Assembly: GCA_000175855.1 (NCBI GenBank)
Contig: ACYB01000036.1
Location: 35,497-67,496, forward strand
Length of the DNA stretch: 32,000 bases
Source of the DNA: Raphidiopsis brookii D9
GTDB taxonomy: Bacteria; Cyanobacteriota; Cyanobacteriia; Cyanobacteriales; Nostocaceae
Direction: 5' to 3'
A model generated the notes under the pieces. The model saw nothing but the letters and a program-made list of their open reading frames with translations, ran no database searches and was not told the DNA's origin. Positions 10,238-19,672 of this stretch are shown piece by piece; within the stretch, counting starts at the first letter, position 1, and the number at the start of each line of letters is the position of its first letter. Made by a program: the position numbers and the translations under genes.

Positions 10238-12309
10238 CTAATCCCGATAACCAATCAGTAATTCCCAACCATTGAGTTTACCTATATCCTGGGGAGAACA
10301 GTCAACAACATGTAACTGCCAATTTCCCTTGGCTGATGAATTTAGTAGCTGTTTGAGAACTGGTTGGGAACTGACTGTATAGGTTTTTTCTAAACGGGTT
10401 TGTCTTCCCAAAGTACGACTTTGCAATAACAAAGACTGACTGTTAGGGGGGATCAAATAAACTTCTAGATCTCCCAAAAAATCATGGCTAATATTCACGC
10501 CAATTCTAATATCATTAATAATAATATTTTGAGGAACCACAATTGTAGTTCTCACTCCTTGTTTTTCCCCATCGGGAATAGTAACTTGATTTTTATTTTC
10601 GCCCCTGATTAATTTATTGGCATTGTTGGCAACCAATCCATTACCTCGTAATTTTTGAGCTGCTCTGACTGCTTTAGCTGCATTCACCTTACCATAACCA
10701 AACCACAAACAATGACCATTACTATTATAAGTACCTCCCTGCAAACCCAATTGAGGATCTGGTTGTGGATCAACAATTTTATCAGTGGTTTCTTGTAAAA
10801 TACGGTTGACCTGTTGAGCAGTTAAATCCGGATTGGCTGATAACATTAATGCTGCTACTCCAGCAACCACAGGGGTAGCACTGGAAGTTCCACCAAAATT
10901 ATTAGTGAAATTTCCAGGATTATAACCCGCTTTCCCTATTTGATCTGTTGTCAACATTCCCAGTCCATCTATAGTTGTTGAAATAGTTGGTTGGGTGTAC
11001 ACAAAACCACTTTCTTGAACCACATTCCCGGAGGAGCATTATTACTAGGAGCGCAAACAGAAATATTCTCTCCCCAATTGCTATAGGCCGCTTTTTTATT
11101 TAAACTTGTAGATGCAGAAACGGCAATTACATCGGGATGAATAGCAAACCCACTTAACCACTTGGTTTTGCCTTTTAACAGATCCTTAGGCCAATTTTGC
11201 TCGTCTATAGTACCACTAATGGGACGGTTAGCATTACCTGCTGCAAAAAGAATTACACATCCTTTTCCATTACGTCCCTTGGTTGCAGCACGGGTAATTG
11301 CTGCTTTTTGGCGTAAAGATAAGGGAAAATAAACCGCAGATGCTCCCCAGCTACAGGAGATAACACTGGCATTGTATTTTAATGCCCAGTTGAATATGTC
11401 CTCAATTGATTCATCATCCAAATATCCAGTTGTACGAATTGGCATGAGGGCACAACCAGGGGCCACACCAACAATACCCTGTCCATTTTCTTCAGCAACT
11501 GCTAGTCCAGCACAAGCAGTACCATGACTAGTTTCTTGCTCTCCTGGTAGGGGTAAAAAGTCTTTTTCTTTTAAATCCCTGGGAGCAACAATTTTACCCA
11601 CTCCTTGTAAATCTGGGTGGTTCAAATCAAAGGAGTCATCCACAACTGCGACTACCACTGAACGTACCCCACGAGTTATATCCCAAGCTTGCTCTACAGA
11701 AATATGCGAAGCGATCGCCAGTTGATTTCCACCACTGTGATTGAGATACCACTGTTGAGGATAGAGGGAATCGCTGGGTCTGTAATGGGTTTCTTGTTGA
11801 ATAAAAACATTTGGTTCCGCTGCTAAGACTTCTGGTAGGGTTTGTAGTTGGTTGGCAATTTTGAGAGGATTATGTGGGGACTGTTTGCTGACTAAAAATG
11901 TAAAGGTATTGGGTAAATCAGCTATAGGTTGGTTTTCAGTGAGATTAAGTGAAGAGGTTATAATACCAATTTTATCATTATCTACCCCAGCTGCAAATTG
12001 AACTGTTATCTGATCACTCAAATAGACATAGCTGCTAGGGTTATCCTGTAATTGATAAACATGACTGGCAAAAGCTACTTTTTGATCAGATCTAGCTTGT
12101 GACATAGCCGCTTCTATCTGATCTGGTGTAACAGTGAATAATTCCAACTTAGCTCTGGGAATAGTACGCTGCCATTTTCCCCAGGAGATCCTGGATAATT
12201 CCTCCCTGTTTAGGTCAGCATACAAACGAAGAGTAAAACGTTCCGTGGATTTTATGAGAATCAACTCCTCTCCACCACGTTGCAAAACTACTGGTTGGTC
12301 ATTGATCAT
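10238..12309 (-). pseudogene. S8 subtilisin-like peptidase with C-terminal P/proprotein-convertase domain, split by frameshift
   Basis: ORF 10969..12309 has VAVVDDSFDLNHPDL, HGTACAG and CVILFAAGN. ORF 10238..11023 has the catalytic Ser box NFGGTSSATPVVAGVAALML and a P domain. Frame change at ~11015-11030. (2072+1) is divisible by 3. Confidence 0.87.
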
Positions 12310-12443
12310 ATTCTTGATGATTAAATATTTTTGATAAACATACTGGAAACTATGCTTAACTTAGTATGGTGGTCACTATATTGTATATCAAGTTGGAGGG
12401 ATTTTCCCGTCAACCGCTTTAAGTCCCCAAACCATTTGACTTT

Positions 12444-13013
12444 ATGAACCTCAAAACTATTTACTTATTGCCCATAATATTTTGTGGTCTGTCCTTACCC
12501 GTCCAATCTCAGGTAGTCCAGTCACCAAATAAACCAGTACAGACTAAACCTAATGATAACCAACCTAGTCCGACCCCAAGGAAGAGTGAAAATACCAGTG
12601 TATTAAGTATTACAGGAGGCGATCGCCTGATGAAGGAGGGACAGGAAGCGGTGTCTGGCAAAAACTATACTCTAGCGGTCAAAAAACTCCAGGAAGCGCG
12701 TCAAATATATAATCAGCTATCTACCTTTTACCAAGAATTAAATGCCAGTTTTTCCGGGATTGATTTTAGCGTCTCTGATTCCCACCGCAAAAAGGCCCTA
12801 GAAACAGCCCAAAAACGAGACGAAGCGACTTATCAATTAGCATTGGTACATCGCTCATTAAACCAACCTGATTTGGCCATACCTCTTTTAATTCAAGTCA
12901 TTAAAAGTCAAAACCCTACCTGGGAACTAGGCAAAAAGGCCTATCAACAGCTGTGGGAACTAGGTTTTGCGGACATAGCTTATCCTGGAAAGACGGAAAA
13001 TCCAGGAAAGTAG
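12444..13013 (+). CDS. Exported/secreted hypothetical protein with TPR-like helical repeats
   Basis: N-terminal signal-like MNLKTIYLLPIIFCGLSLPVQSQ followed by helical repeats (AVKKLQEARQIYNQL...ATYQLALVHRSLNQPDLAIPLLIQVI). Confidence 0.6.
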   Translation: MNLKTIYLLPIIFCGLSLPVQSQVVQSPNKPVQTKPNDNQPSPTPRKSENTSVLSITGGDRLMKEGQEAVSGKNYTLAVKKLQEARQIYNQLSTFYQELNASFSGIDFSVSDSHRKKALETAQKRDEATYQLALVHRSLNQPDLAIPLLIQVIKSQNPTWELGKKAYQQLWELGFADIAYPGKTENPGK

Positions 13014-13068
13014 CAGATTTTGGATTAACTGATAATAATTAGAGAAGGATGTTTTTCTAGGAATAACA

Positions 13069-13299
13069 ATGATAACTCCCCAACAGGTTGAACAAATGAT
13101 TAAAGGAGAACTACCAGATGCACAAGTACAAGTGCAAGACCTAACTGGTGGTGGAGACCACTATCAAGTAACAGTGGTTTCATCGCAATTTGCGGGTAAA
13201 GGACTTGTACAACAACATCGGATAGTTTATGATGCTTTAAAACAAGCTATGTCAACCGAGGCTATTCACGCTTTGGCTTTGAAAACATGTGCTCCCTAG
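13069..13299 (+). CDS. BolA/IbaG family iron-sulfur metabolism protein
   Basis: [57 protein letters not shown]: BolA signature. Confidence 0.92.
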   Translation: MITPQQVEQMIKGELPDAQVQVQDLTGGGDHYQVTVVSSQFAGKGLVQQHRIVYDALKQAMSTEAIHALALKTCAP

Positions 13300-13335
13300 A
13301 TTATGGACAATTAACACAACAAGGAATTAAAAACC

Positions 13336-13671
13336 ATGACAGTAGAAAACCCAACAGAAATTAAAGCAACAATTGATAAATTAGTCAAAGAAAACAAAAT
13401 AATGGTTTTCATGAAAGGAAATAAATTAATGCCTCAATGTGGTTTCTCTAATAATGTTGTACAAATTCTCAACACTTTAGGAGTCCCCTTTGAGACCTTT
13501 GATGTTCTTTCTGACTATAACGTTCGTCAAGGTATTAAGGAGTATTCCAACTGGCCCACAATTCCCCAGGTTTACATTAATGGAGAATTTATTGGCGGGT
13601 CTGATATTTTGATTGAACTATATCAAAAAGGTCAATTACAGCAAATAGTTGAAGTAGCATTAGCTTCTTAG
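13336..13671 (+). CDS. grxD: Grx4-family monothiol glutaredoxin
   Basis: [29 protein letters not shown]...[21 protein letters not shown]: CGFS monothiol glutaredoxin. Confidence 0.95.
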   Translation: MTVENPTEIKATIDKLVKENKIMVFMKGNKLMPQCGFSNNVVQILNTLGVPFETFDVLSDYNVRQGIKEYSNWPTIPQVYINGEFIGGSDILIELYQKGQLQQIVEVALAS

Positions 13672-13931
13672 ATATCCTCTTTAGTCCTCCTATTCAAGCA
13701 GGGCGTTTTCAAAGTCCGTGGTAAATTGCAAAATGACTTTTTAAAAACCCTTTTCCACACAGCGATCGCAGCTTTTTTTCTTAATTTTCGATTAATTAAA
13801 TTTTAAAAAAAGCCCAAACATTGACGGTAAAAATGTTCTGGCGATCGCAATTTTGGAGAATGAAAACGCCCTGCTTAGAGAAGCTATCCATTAGTGAGAT
13901 ATTTTTTAACAAAAAGCGGATTTGGGAAAAT

Positions 13932-14165
13932 ATGAAGGTCTCATTCGAAAAAAACTATCCAAATATTACCCGATGGATTGATGAGCATGAAGGCTTGATT
14001 GAAATTGGCTACGATGACGATGATCCCTTAAATTCTTTTATCCGTGCTGTAGATTCTGGTGGAACACTATGGGAAGGAAAAGAAAGTTATGAAAGTATCG
14101 ATGCAGCACTGCAAGATTTAAATGCGGGGCTGGCATCTGTATTGGAAGAGATTTATGGAGAATAG
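13932..14165 (+). CDS. Small acidic hypothetical protein (77 aa)
   Basis: ATG at 13932 gives MKVSFEKNYPNITRWIDEHEGLIEIGYDDDDPLNSFIRAVDSGGTLWEGKESYESIDAALQDLNAGLASVLEEIYGE. It resembles small proteins found in many cyanobacteria; function unknown. Confidence 0.65.
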   Translation: MKVSFEKNYPNITRWIDEHEGLIEIGYDDDDPLNSFIRAVDSGGTLWEGKESYESIDAALQDLNAGLASVLEEIYGE

Positions 14166-14175
14166 ATTGCACTAA

Positions 14176-15288
14176 TCAGTGTAAACCACTATCAAGTTTA
14201 TCTAAAACAAAGTGATTCCCACTCTCAAAATGTCCAAAAATTCTTTTAGCATCCCGGTCTGACCAAGCATCTATCTCATGGGTAGACGGAGGACGGGGAT
14301 TTCCTTTGAGTGCTTTTAAGTCAAGAGATGATACATTACATTTACCTCCTGATTCTAAATTCCTTGCTAACTGGTCTATTCTCTCGTTAATTAATACTAA
14401 TCTATCCCCTGATATTCCCTTCAAACTACCCTCAAACCTAGATCCATAACTTAACATTTCACTGGGTGAAGGATGCAACCTCTCCCCATAAATCTCTTTA
14501 TTTGTTCTTTTCCACACCAACTCTCCCCAAGGAGATAAAGAGACTTCACCTCCTACCGTCATTAATAGGGTTTCTGGTACACCACTAACGTCAGCAGTTT
14601 TCATTTTATTTGCCAGTCTACGAAAAACTTGAAGATGGTCACGTACGCTGTCTTCTACTACCATTTTCACGGGCAATTTTGGTATGCGCAACAGGTCTTT
14701 GGCTGTTTCAAAAATGTAAATTGTCTCGTCTGCATAAAATGTGGCTAGGGTTTGTAAAAATCCCTGCACACTCTTGAATCCCCCAGTTAAGTTAAATATA
14801 ATCTTATATTGGGAATTTCTATACTCAGGTATGGTATCTTCAAACCACTCCACCATATCTGATAAAGCAATTTGAAAGGACTCAATATCTTTTGTTTGCA
14901 GATCGGTCCTTCGGATTGTCTCAACTATAAAACCCCTTTTTCTTAACCAGAATTTTACCAAAGTAGCTGTCTGTTCCCCTAACCAGGTGTCAGTACAAAG
15001 CAAAAAGTGAGTGTCTGCTTTCTTCTCTAACTTACCATTATAAAGTTTAATAATGCCATTTAGCTCCGCTGACATCTTACTTGCTAACTCAAGATCAGCA
15101 GATGCTAGTTTTTCTTCTACTCTCTTAGCAAGCGATCGCAGTGTTAGGCTATCTTCTGGCGGTATATCTTGAATGTATTTTGCATTAGCATATTTACTGA
15201 CCAAACCTCTTTCCTCTTGAGCTGCTTGATTGGTCAACAAACTTGTGCCACAGGGTGAGAAAACAAATAAACGATTTTCCATGATCAA
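14176..15288 (-). CDS. Putative CRISPR-associated protein, APE2256/TIGR02619-like (CARF-type sensor domain) with a C-terminal putative toxin domain
   Basis: N-terminal FSPCGTSLLTNQA and KIIFNLTGGFKSVQGFLQTLATFYADETIYIFE match the CARF-like family pattern. The C-terminal DLKALKGNPRPPSTHEIDAWSDRDAKRIFGHFESGNHFVLDKLDSGLH is a distinct compact domain. Confidence 0.72.
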   Translation of the reverse strand: MIMENRLFVFSPCGTSLLTNQAAQEERGLVSKYANAKYIQDIPPEDSLTLRSLAKRVEEKLASADLELASKMSAELNGIIKLYNGKLEKKADTHFLLCTDTWLGEQTATLVKFWLRKRGFIVETIRRTDLQTKDIESFQIALSDMVEWFEDTIPEYRNSQYKIIFNLTGGFKSVQGFLQTLATFYADETIYIFETAKDLLRIPKLPVKMVVEDSVRDHLQVFRRLANKMKTADVSGVPETLLMTVGGEVSLSPWGELVWKRTNKEIYGERLHPSPSEMLSYGSRFEGSLKGISGDRLVLINERIDQLARNLESGGKCNVSSLDLKALKGNPRPPSTHEIDAWSDRDAKRIFGHFESGNHFVLDKLDSGLH

Positions 15289-15346
15289 GGTTTCTGGTTA
15301 CAAGGGGTAATTTTATACTTTGGGACAGAGGTTCCAAACAAGTTTG

Positions 15347-16615
15347 TTAAGAAAGGGTGTTAGCAATGGTCTTTAACTCGAGTATAATCTGACCTGCTCT
15401 TGTTTCTAAACTTTCTGCTTTTTGAGGACTCTTGTTCATACCCACATGGGCAATATCATTGCGAATTTCGATTAACTTACCCCATTGTAGGGAAAACAAA
15501 TTAAAATCAGGTAGTTTTTCAAATTCATCATCCCAAGGGGAAACAGATGTTATTTCTTTGCCACGAAGTTTAATTTGTCCATTATTGAGCGCATTCCCCA
15601 CCTGTTCTCGCTGGTCTTTACTTAGTAGATCTTGTTCACCCAATCGATATGCTAAAACGGAAACTAGCCATTCTCTTGCTAAAGTCATAGCTTGCACAAC
15701 TTGATGTCTTTGTATATACCAATCTATTAGTTGAAATTGTAATCTCAGCCCTTGAGCTAAATTTTCGCTATTAGTGGGATTTTCTAGGGCAAATTGTCCA
15801 TATTCCTGGGTTAATTTTTGAGAAATCAGTCCAAAAGGTTTAGCTCTTTTATCAAAACTACGCTCTGCTTTTTTGATAATTTTCTCTAATTTTGTAGTTT
15901 CTTTTAAAATTTCTACAGGACGGACAAGACCTATAGCCAGAGAAATTTGATTAATAATGTCAGCAGTATCTTTAAATTCTCTAGCTAGAGGTCGTATAGT
16001 CGGATCATCTCTTTTTTCATCATTAGAAATTGCATTTTTTAACAGCTCTGCTAAGGGAGAACCATCACCTACTTTGACAAATCTATCTGCGGCCGCAAGC
16101 CAGTCTAATAAGCTGAGCATGGGCAATAAATCATAGGTGGGGGTATCTGCACCTTGGGCATTAGGGTCAAAAGCTCCATATAACACACCTTCAATTTGTA
16201 CCTGTTTTACCGTACGTAGGTAGCTAATAGCTAACAAGGCAATAACTGGAATGGAACGGAAACTATGGGTCAGGTCAAAAATAACCCTATCGCCCTCGTT
16301 TAAACAACTAGTAATTTTATCAAAAATTAACCAACTGTCATCCAAAGAATTACTCTCGGGAATATCAAAAACAGGCTCTAATTTAACAGATTTATTAGCT
16401 AGTTGTTCTTGTAATCCTTGCCAATTAGATACAGTTCCATTTCTGGGAATTTTAGTAGCTACCGTGGGTGTTAATAATACATATAATGTATCAGGTTGAT
16501 AAAATTCAACCAGGGCTTCCTGAAAAAATTTAGTCCTTACTGCTTGACTAGTTGTGGGATGGATATAATTGGTCTCGGTGTAATTATTAAAACCAAGAAA
16601 GGAAATAATTTTCAT
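15347..16615 (-). CDS. TIGR02221/Csx1-Csm6-like CARF protein with HEPN-type RNase motif
   Basis: MKIISFLGFNNY...TLYVLLTPTVA...DRVIFDLTHSFRSIPVIALLAISYLR is the TIGR02221 hallmark. C-terminal LIEIRNDIAHVGM contains R-x4-H (RNDIAH). Confidence 0.78.
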   Translation of the reverse strand: MKIISFLGFNNYTETNYIHPTTSQAVRTKFFQEALVEFYQPDTLYVLLTPTVATKIPRNGTVSNWQGLQEQLANKSVKLEPVFDIPESNSLDDSWLIFDKITSCLNEGDRVIFDLTHSFRSIPVIALLAISYLRTVKQVQIEGVLYGAFDPNAQGADTPTYDLLPMLSLLDWLAAADRFVKVGDGSPLAELLKNAISNDEKRDDPTIRPLAREFKDTADIINQISLAIGLVRPVEILKETTKLEKIIKKAERSFDKRAKPFGLISQKLTQEYGQFALENPTNSENLAQGLRLQFQLIDWYIQRHQVVQAMTLAREWLVSVLAYRLGEQDLLSKDQREQVGNALNNGQIKLRGKEITSVSPWDDEFEKLPDFNLFSLQWGKLIEIRNDIAHVGMNKSPQKAESLETRAGQIILELKTIANTLS

Positions 16616-16722
16616 CTGTTTACAAGGTTACTTACTGGTATTATGAAATGTTCTTTTATTTACATGTTTTAATTATACTAACCCGCGAATAAAAATTGTG
16701 TCATCTACCTGGCGGAATAGAA

Positions 16723-16744
16723 ATATCTATCTTTAGATAGATAT
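16723..16744. repeat. Perfect inverted repeat ATATCTATCT-TT-AGATAGATAT
   Basis: 10-bp arms with 2-nt spacer read directly; located immediately 3' of the truncated PIN gene. Confidence 0.75.
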
Positions 16745-16749
16745 CTAAT

Positions 16750-17019
16750 CTAAACTATAAGGGAATCACCTACGGACATTTTTTGCTGTTGGCGCAAAGC
16801 AACCGCAATTTCAAGCGTAACTTTATTGATCATCAAAACATCCAAGTTATCTAAAATCGCCATGATGGCCTGTTTTTCAGCATCACCTAAACGATGGTAG
16901 CCCAATGTTTCCAAACGACTAATCGCAGAATAATGCGTGGCATAATTCACCAACCAGCTACGCAACTGCGTATATGGCGGCTGAGTGGCGTAAATAATCA
17001 AATTACTATCAATCAGCAT
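16750..17019 (-). CDS. PIN-domain (VapC-like) toxin, probably C-terminally truncated
   Basis: MLIDSNLIIYATQPPY...YSAISRLETLGY...VTLEIAVALRQQQKMSVGDSLIV-stop: stops at the conserved GDxLIAATA region. Start trimmed to MLIDSN. Confidence 0.7.
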   Translation of the reverse strand: MLIDSNLIIYATQPPYTQLRSWLVNYATHYSAISRLETLGYHRLGDAEKQAIMAILDNLDVLMINKVTLEIAVALRQQQKMSVGDSLIV

Positions 17020-17278
17020 CCTCTCTCCCGAATAAATTGCGATCTTGCCTTTGTTCACGCTGCCAAACAACTGGATCAGCAATTTCTGCAAAAGGATTTA
17101 ACGCCACCGCCTGCGCCAATGCTTGCGCCAAAACTTCCCGCCTTGCTTGGTTTGAAGTGATAGGCCTTTTTTTTCGTGCTTTTTGTTCTAGGTAAACAGC
17201 ATAATTCAGTAACTCCGCTTGCGATGATATCGGTAGAGCGGCAGCATGGTGTTGAATTTGTTGCAAAATAGGGTTCAT
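17009..17278 (-). CDS. DUF2281-like antitoxin component upstream of the PIN toxin
   Basis: MNPILQQIQHHAAALPISSQAELLNYAVYLEQKARKK...NLFGREDAD-stop; overlaps the PIN ORF start by 11 bp, as in vapBC operons. Confidence 0.65.
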   Translation of the reverse strand: MNPILQQIQHHAAALPISSQAELLNYAVYLEQKARKKRPITSNQARREVLAQALAQAVALNPFAEIADPVVWQREQRQDRNLFGREDAD

Positions 17279-17411
17279 AGCTCCTGTCGTTTGTCTAGTA
17301 CCGGCGATATCTATATTACTGCTCAACAGGAAGCAGGTAAATAACACTCCTCTATGTTGTTGCTTTAGCACGGGGAGTGTCAACTGTAGTATCTTTACAG
17401 ATGTAGTATCT

Positions 17412-18212
17412 TTACAGACTGGCATGAGTGTCGTACCATGGCTCCTTAAGATTGAGTGTTTCTATGAGCATCCTACCCAGAGGATATCTATAAATAATCC
17501 CCTGTACGCCCAATATTTTATAGAACCAGAAAATGCGTTTGTAGATATTAATTGCTGCTCTTTCTGAAAGCCAATGACCGGGTGTTTCTTCTCCAAATAA
17601 TCCACTAGCACCAAATTCAAATTGATGTTCAATGTAATTGCCTTCTCTTGCGGGATATGGGCAAATTTGTTGTGCAGTTTTCTCTTGGTTAATAACTTTA
17701 AATTTCTGATAACCGAGTTCTTTTAAGAGCTTAAATTCTTCCAACAGGCTACTCCACGAAGTTTTGACTGATTCTATGGAAATAAACTGTGGCTTAGTAT
17801 CAAAGTGTTTGAGCGCCTGAACGCATAATATATCTGAACCTTCAATATCAACTTTTAGATAATAGGGAATGCCAAAGTCTTGTAAAATATTTTCAAATCT
17901 AGCCCCTTGTACAGTAATAGCCTCCGATTTGGTACCCAGAATTTCATTGCGAACAACAAAATCTGAAGAAGTTGTCCCCCAAATACTTTTGTCTAGGTTG
18001 GTATAGAAGGTAATTTCGCCATCTTGGGGGGCGATTGCTACATTGAGGAGTTGAAGTTGACCATTATCTATATATGATTGTAGTTTATTTTTTGTTGCTT
18101 CATAAATTTGGGGGTTGGCTTCTATACCCACCACTCGAAAACCTTTTTTTAAATAGTATTCGGTATCTTCACCCTGATGAACACCAACATCTATTATTAA
18201 ATTTTTATCCAT
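17412..18212 (-). CDS. FkbM-family SAM-dependent methyltransferase
   Basis: NLIIDVGVHQGEDTEYYLKKGFRVVGIEANP...YYLKVDIEGSDILCVQAL: FkbM family motifs. Confidence 0.85.
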   Translation of the reverse strand: MDKNLIIDVGVHQGEDTEYYLKKGFRVVGIEANPQIYEATKNKLQSYIDNGQLQLLNVAIAPQDGEITFYTNLDKSIWGTTSSDFVVRNEILGTKSEAITVQGARFENILQDFGIPYYLKVDIEGSDILCVQALKHFDTKPQFISIESVKTSWSSLLEEFKLLKELGYQKFKVINQEKTAQQICPYPAREGNYIEHQFEFGASGLFGEETPGHWLSERAAINIYKRIFWFYKILGVQGIIYRYPLGRMLIETLNLKEPWYDTHASL

Positions 18213-18388
18213 AGATAATAAGTTTTCCTAATCGTTCTCCCAAGCATACTCCTCCATATTAACCCATTACCTCGTTGCTGTCTACCTAATCCAGCGCAAT
18301 CGCACTGCACTCCCTGTGATCGCTCTTCCCGTACCACCGCATCCCCAAAATTAATATAATGGGGGAGTCCTACCTGAATTTAAAGATA

Positions 18389-19240
18389 ATGGTCACCACT
18401 TTAAAACCAGTTTCCACCCTACCAACACAGGACGAATTACCTTGCGATGATGGAGTGCCAATGGAGACTCAACGTCACAAAATGCAAATAGAAATCCTGA
18501 TAGAAACCCTAGGTCCATGGTTAAAGAATCGCGAAGATGGCTACATTGGTGGCAATATGTTTGTATACTTTAGTGCCAATGAAATCAAAACAGAAGATTT
18601 TAAAGGACCAGACTTTTTTGCGGTATTGGGAGTACCAAAGGGAGAGCGGAAAAGTTGGGTGGTATGGCAAGAAGGAAAAAGTCCAGATGTGATTATAGAG
18701 CTGTTATCAGAGAGTACAGCCAAAACAGATAAGATAACCAAGAAAAAAATCTACCAGGAGCAAATAAGGGTACCAGAGTATTTTTGGTATGACCCCTTTG
18801 ACCCAGAAGACTGGCAAGGGTTTGGGCTAAGGGATGGAGTTTACGAACCATTGGAGCGGATAGATGGGATGTATGAAAGCAAGCAGATGCAATTAAAGCT
18901 AGTGCGGTGGGAAGGGGATTATGAAGAGGTAAATGCGGTATGGCTAAGGTGGGCAACTTTAGAAGGAGAACTGCTACCAACCCGGTCAGAGATAATAGAA
19001 CAGGAACGATTAGCTAAAGAACAAGCAGAAGCTTTAGTTATTCAGGAACGCCAACAAAGGGAGATAGCAGAAACCCTAGCTATTCAAGAACGCCAACAAA
19101 AGGAGGTAGCAGAAGCCCTGGCTATTCAAGAACGCCAACAAAAGGAGGTAGCAGAAGCCCTAGCTATTCAAGAACGTGAGAAGAAGGAAAAATTAGCTGC
19201 CCACTTGCGCGCTCTTGGCATCAACCCAGATGAGATTTAA
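18389..19240 (+). CDS. Uma2 family endonuclease-like protein with C-terminal coiled-coil repeats
   Basis: GPDFFAVLGVPKGERKSWVVWQEGKSPDVIIELLSESTAKTDKITKKKIYQEQIRVPEYFWYDPF: Uma2 (DUF820) PD-(D/E)xK-like core. Start trimmed to MVTTLKPV; the track ORF begins at 18359. Confidence 0.85.
   Translation: MVTTLKPVSTLPTQDELPCDDGVPMETQRHKMQIEILIETLGPWLKNREDGYIGGNMFVYFSANEIKTEDFKGPDFFAVLGVPKGERKSWVVWQEGKSPDVIIELLSESTAKTDKITKKKIYQEQIRVPEYFWYDPFDPEDWQGFGLRDGVYEPLERIDGMYESKQMQLKLVRWEGDYEEVNAVWLRWATLEGELLPTRSEIIEQERLAKEQAEALVIQERQQREIAETLAIQERQQKEVAEALAIQERQQKEVAEALAIQEREKKEKLAAHLRALGINPDEI
19034..19179 (+). repeat. 42-bp tandem repeat (about 3.5 copies) encoding LAIQERQQKEVAEA units
   Basis: Unit ctagctattcaagaacgccaacaaaaggaggtagcagaagcc starts at 19034, 19076, 19118 and 19160; first and last copies diverged. 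Confidence 0.85.
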
Positions 19241-19313
19241 AGGCGTTGCACTCACACGGGATGATGTATAATAAGGGGAAGAATTTTTAGCAGGCGATCG
19301 CACGAAGCTCTCG

Positions 19314-19475
19314 CTATAGATAATCGTTCTTTACCCCTAAAATTTTCCCTATAGGACTATCTCCTAGTCCTAATCTTTGACGTTCTTGATTAGCGATCGC
19401 CTCGGCAGTGACTTGAACAGGCATTCCACTGACATTGTATTCCGGTGGATATTTTCGAGGAAGGGGTGATTTCAT
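19314..19475 (-). CDS. Small hypothetical protein (53 aa), below the ORF-track cutoff
   Basis: Own reading: MKSPLPRKYPPEYNVSGMPVQVTAEAIANQERQRLGLGDSPIGKILGVKNDYL-stop; 162 bp, in frame. Confidence 0.35.
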   Translation of the reverse strand: MKSPLPRKYPPEYNVSGMPVQVTAEAIANQERQRLGLGDSPIGKILGVKNDYL

Positions 19476-19672
19476 TATTTATTCTAATTCGAGGTAATTT
19501 TGGCATAATTCCTCCAATTGCTTAATAATCCCATCGGCTTTTTTCAAAACTCACACATACCTTAATTAATACAACGGTGTCAAAATAACCCAGTTAATAA
19601 TGTCCCTGTTTAATGTAATAGGAACTGAGACTGAAAACTAACTTTGGCTTTAATAAAAACGGGTGAAGCTAT

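Noticed and set aside
18541-18980. Minus-strand ORFs 18541..18741 and 18693..18980
   Set aside because: Antisense to the well-supported Uma2 gene; hydrophobic artefactual translations.
13672-19672. Possible CRISPR array accompanying the CARF proteins
   Set aside because: No regularly spaced 25-40 bp repeats with unique spacers were seen here or elsewhere in the window. The only tandem repeat is the coding 42-bp repeat in the Uma2 gene.
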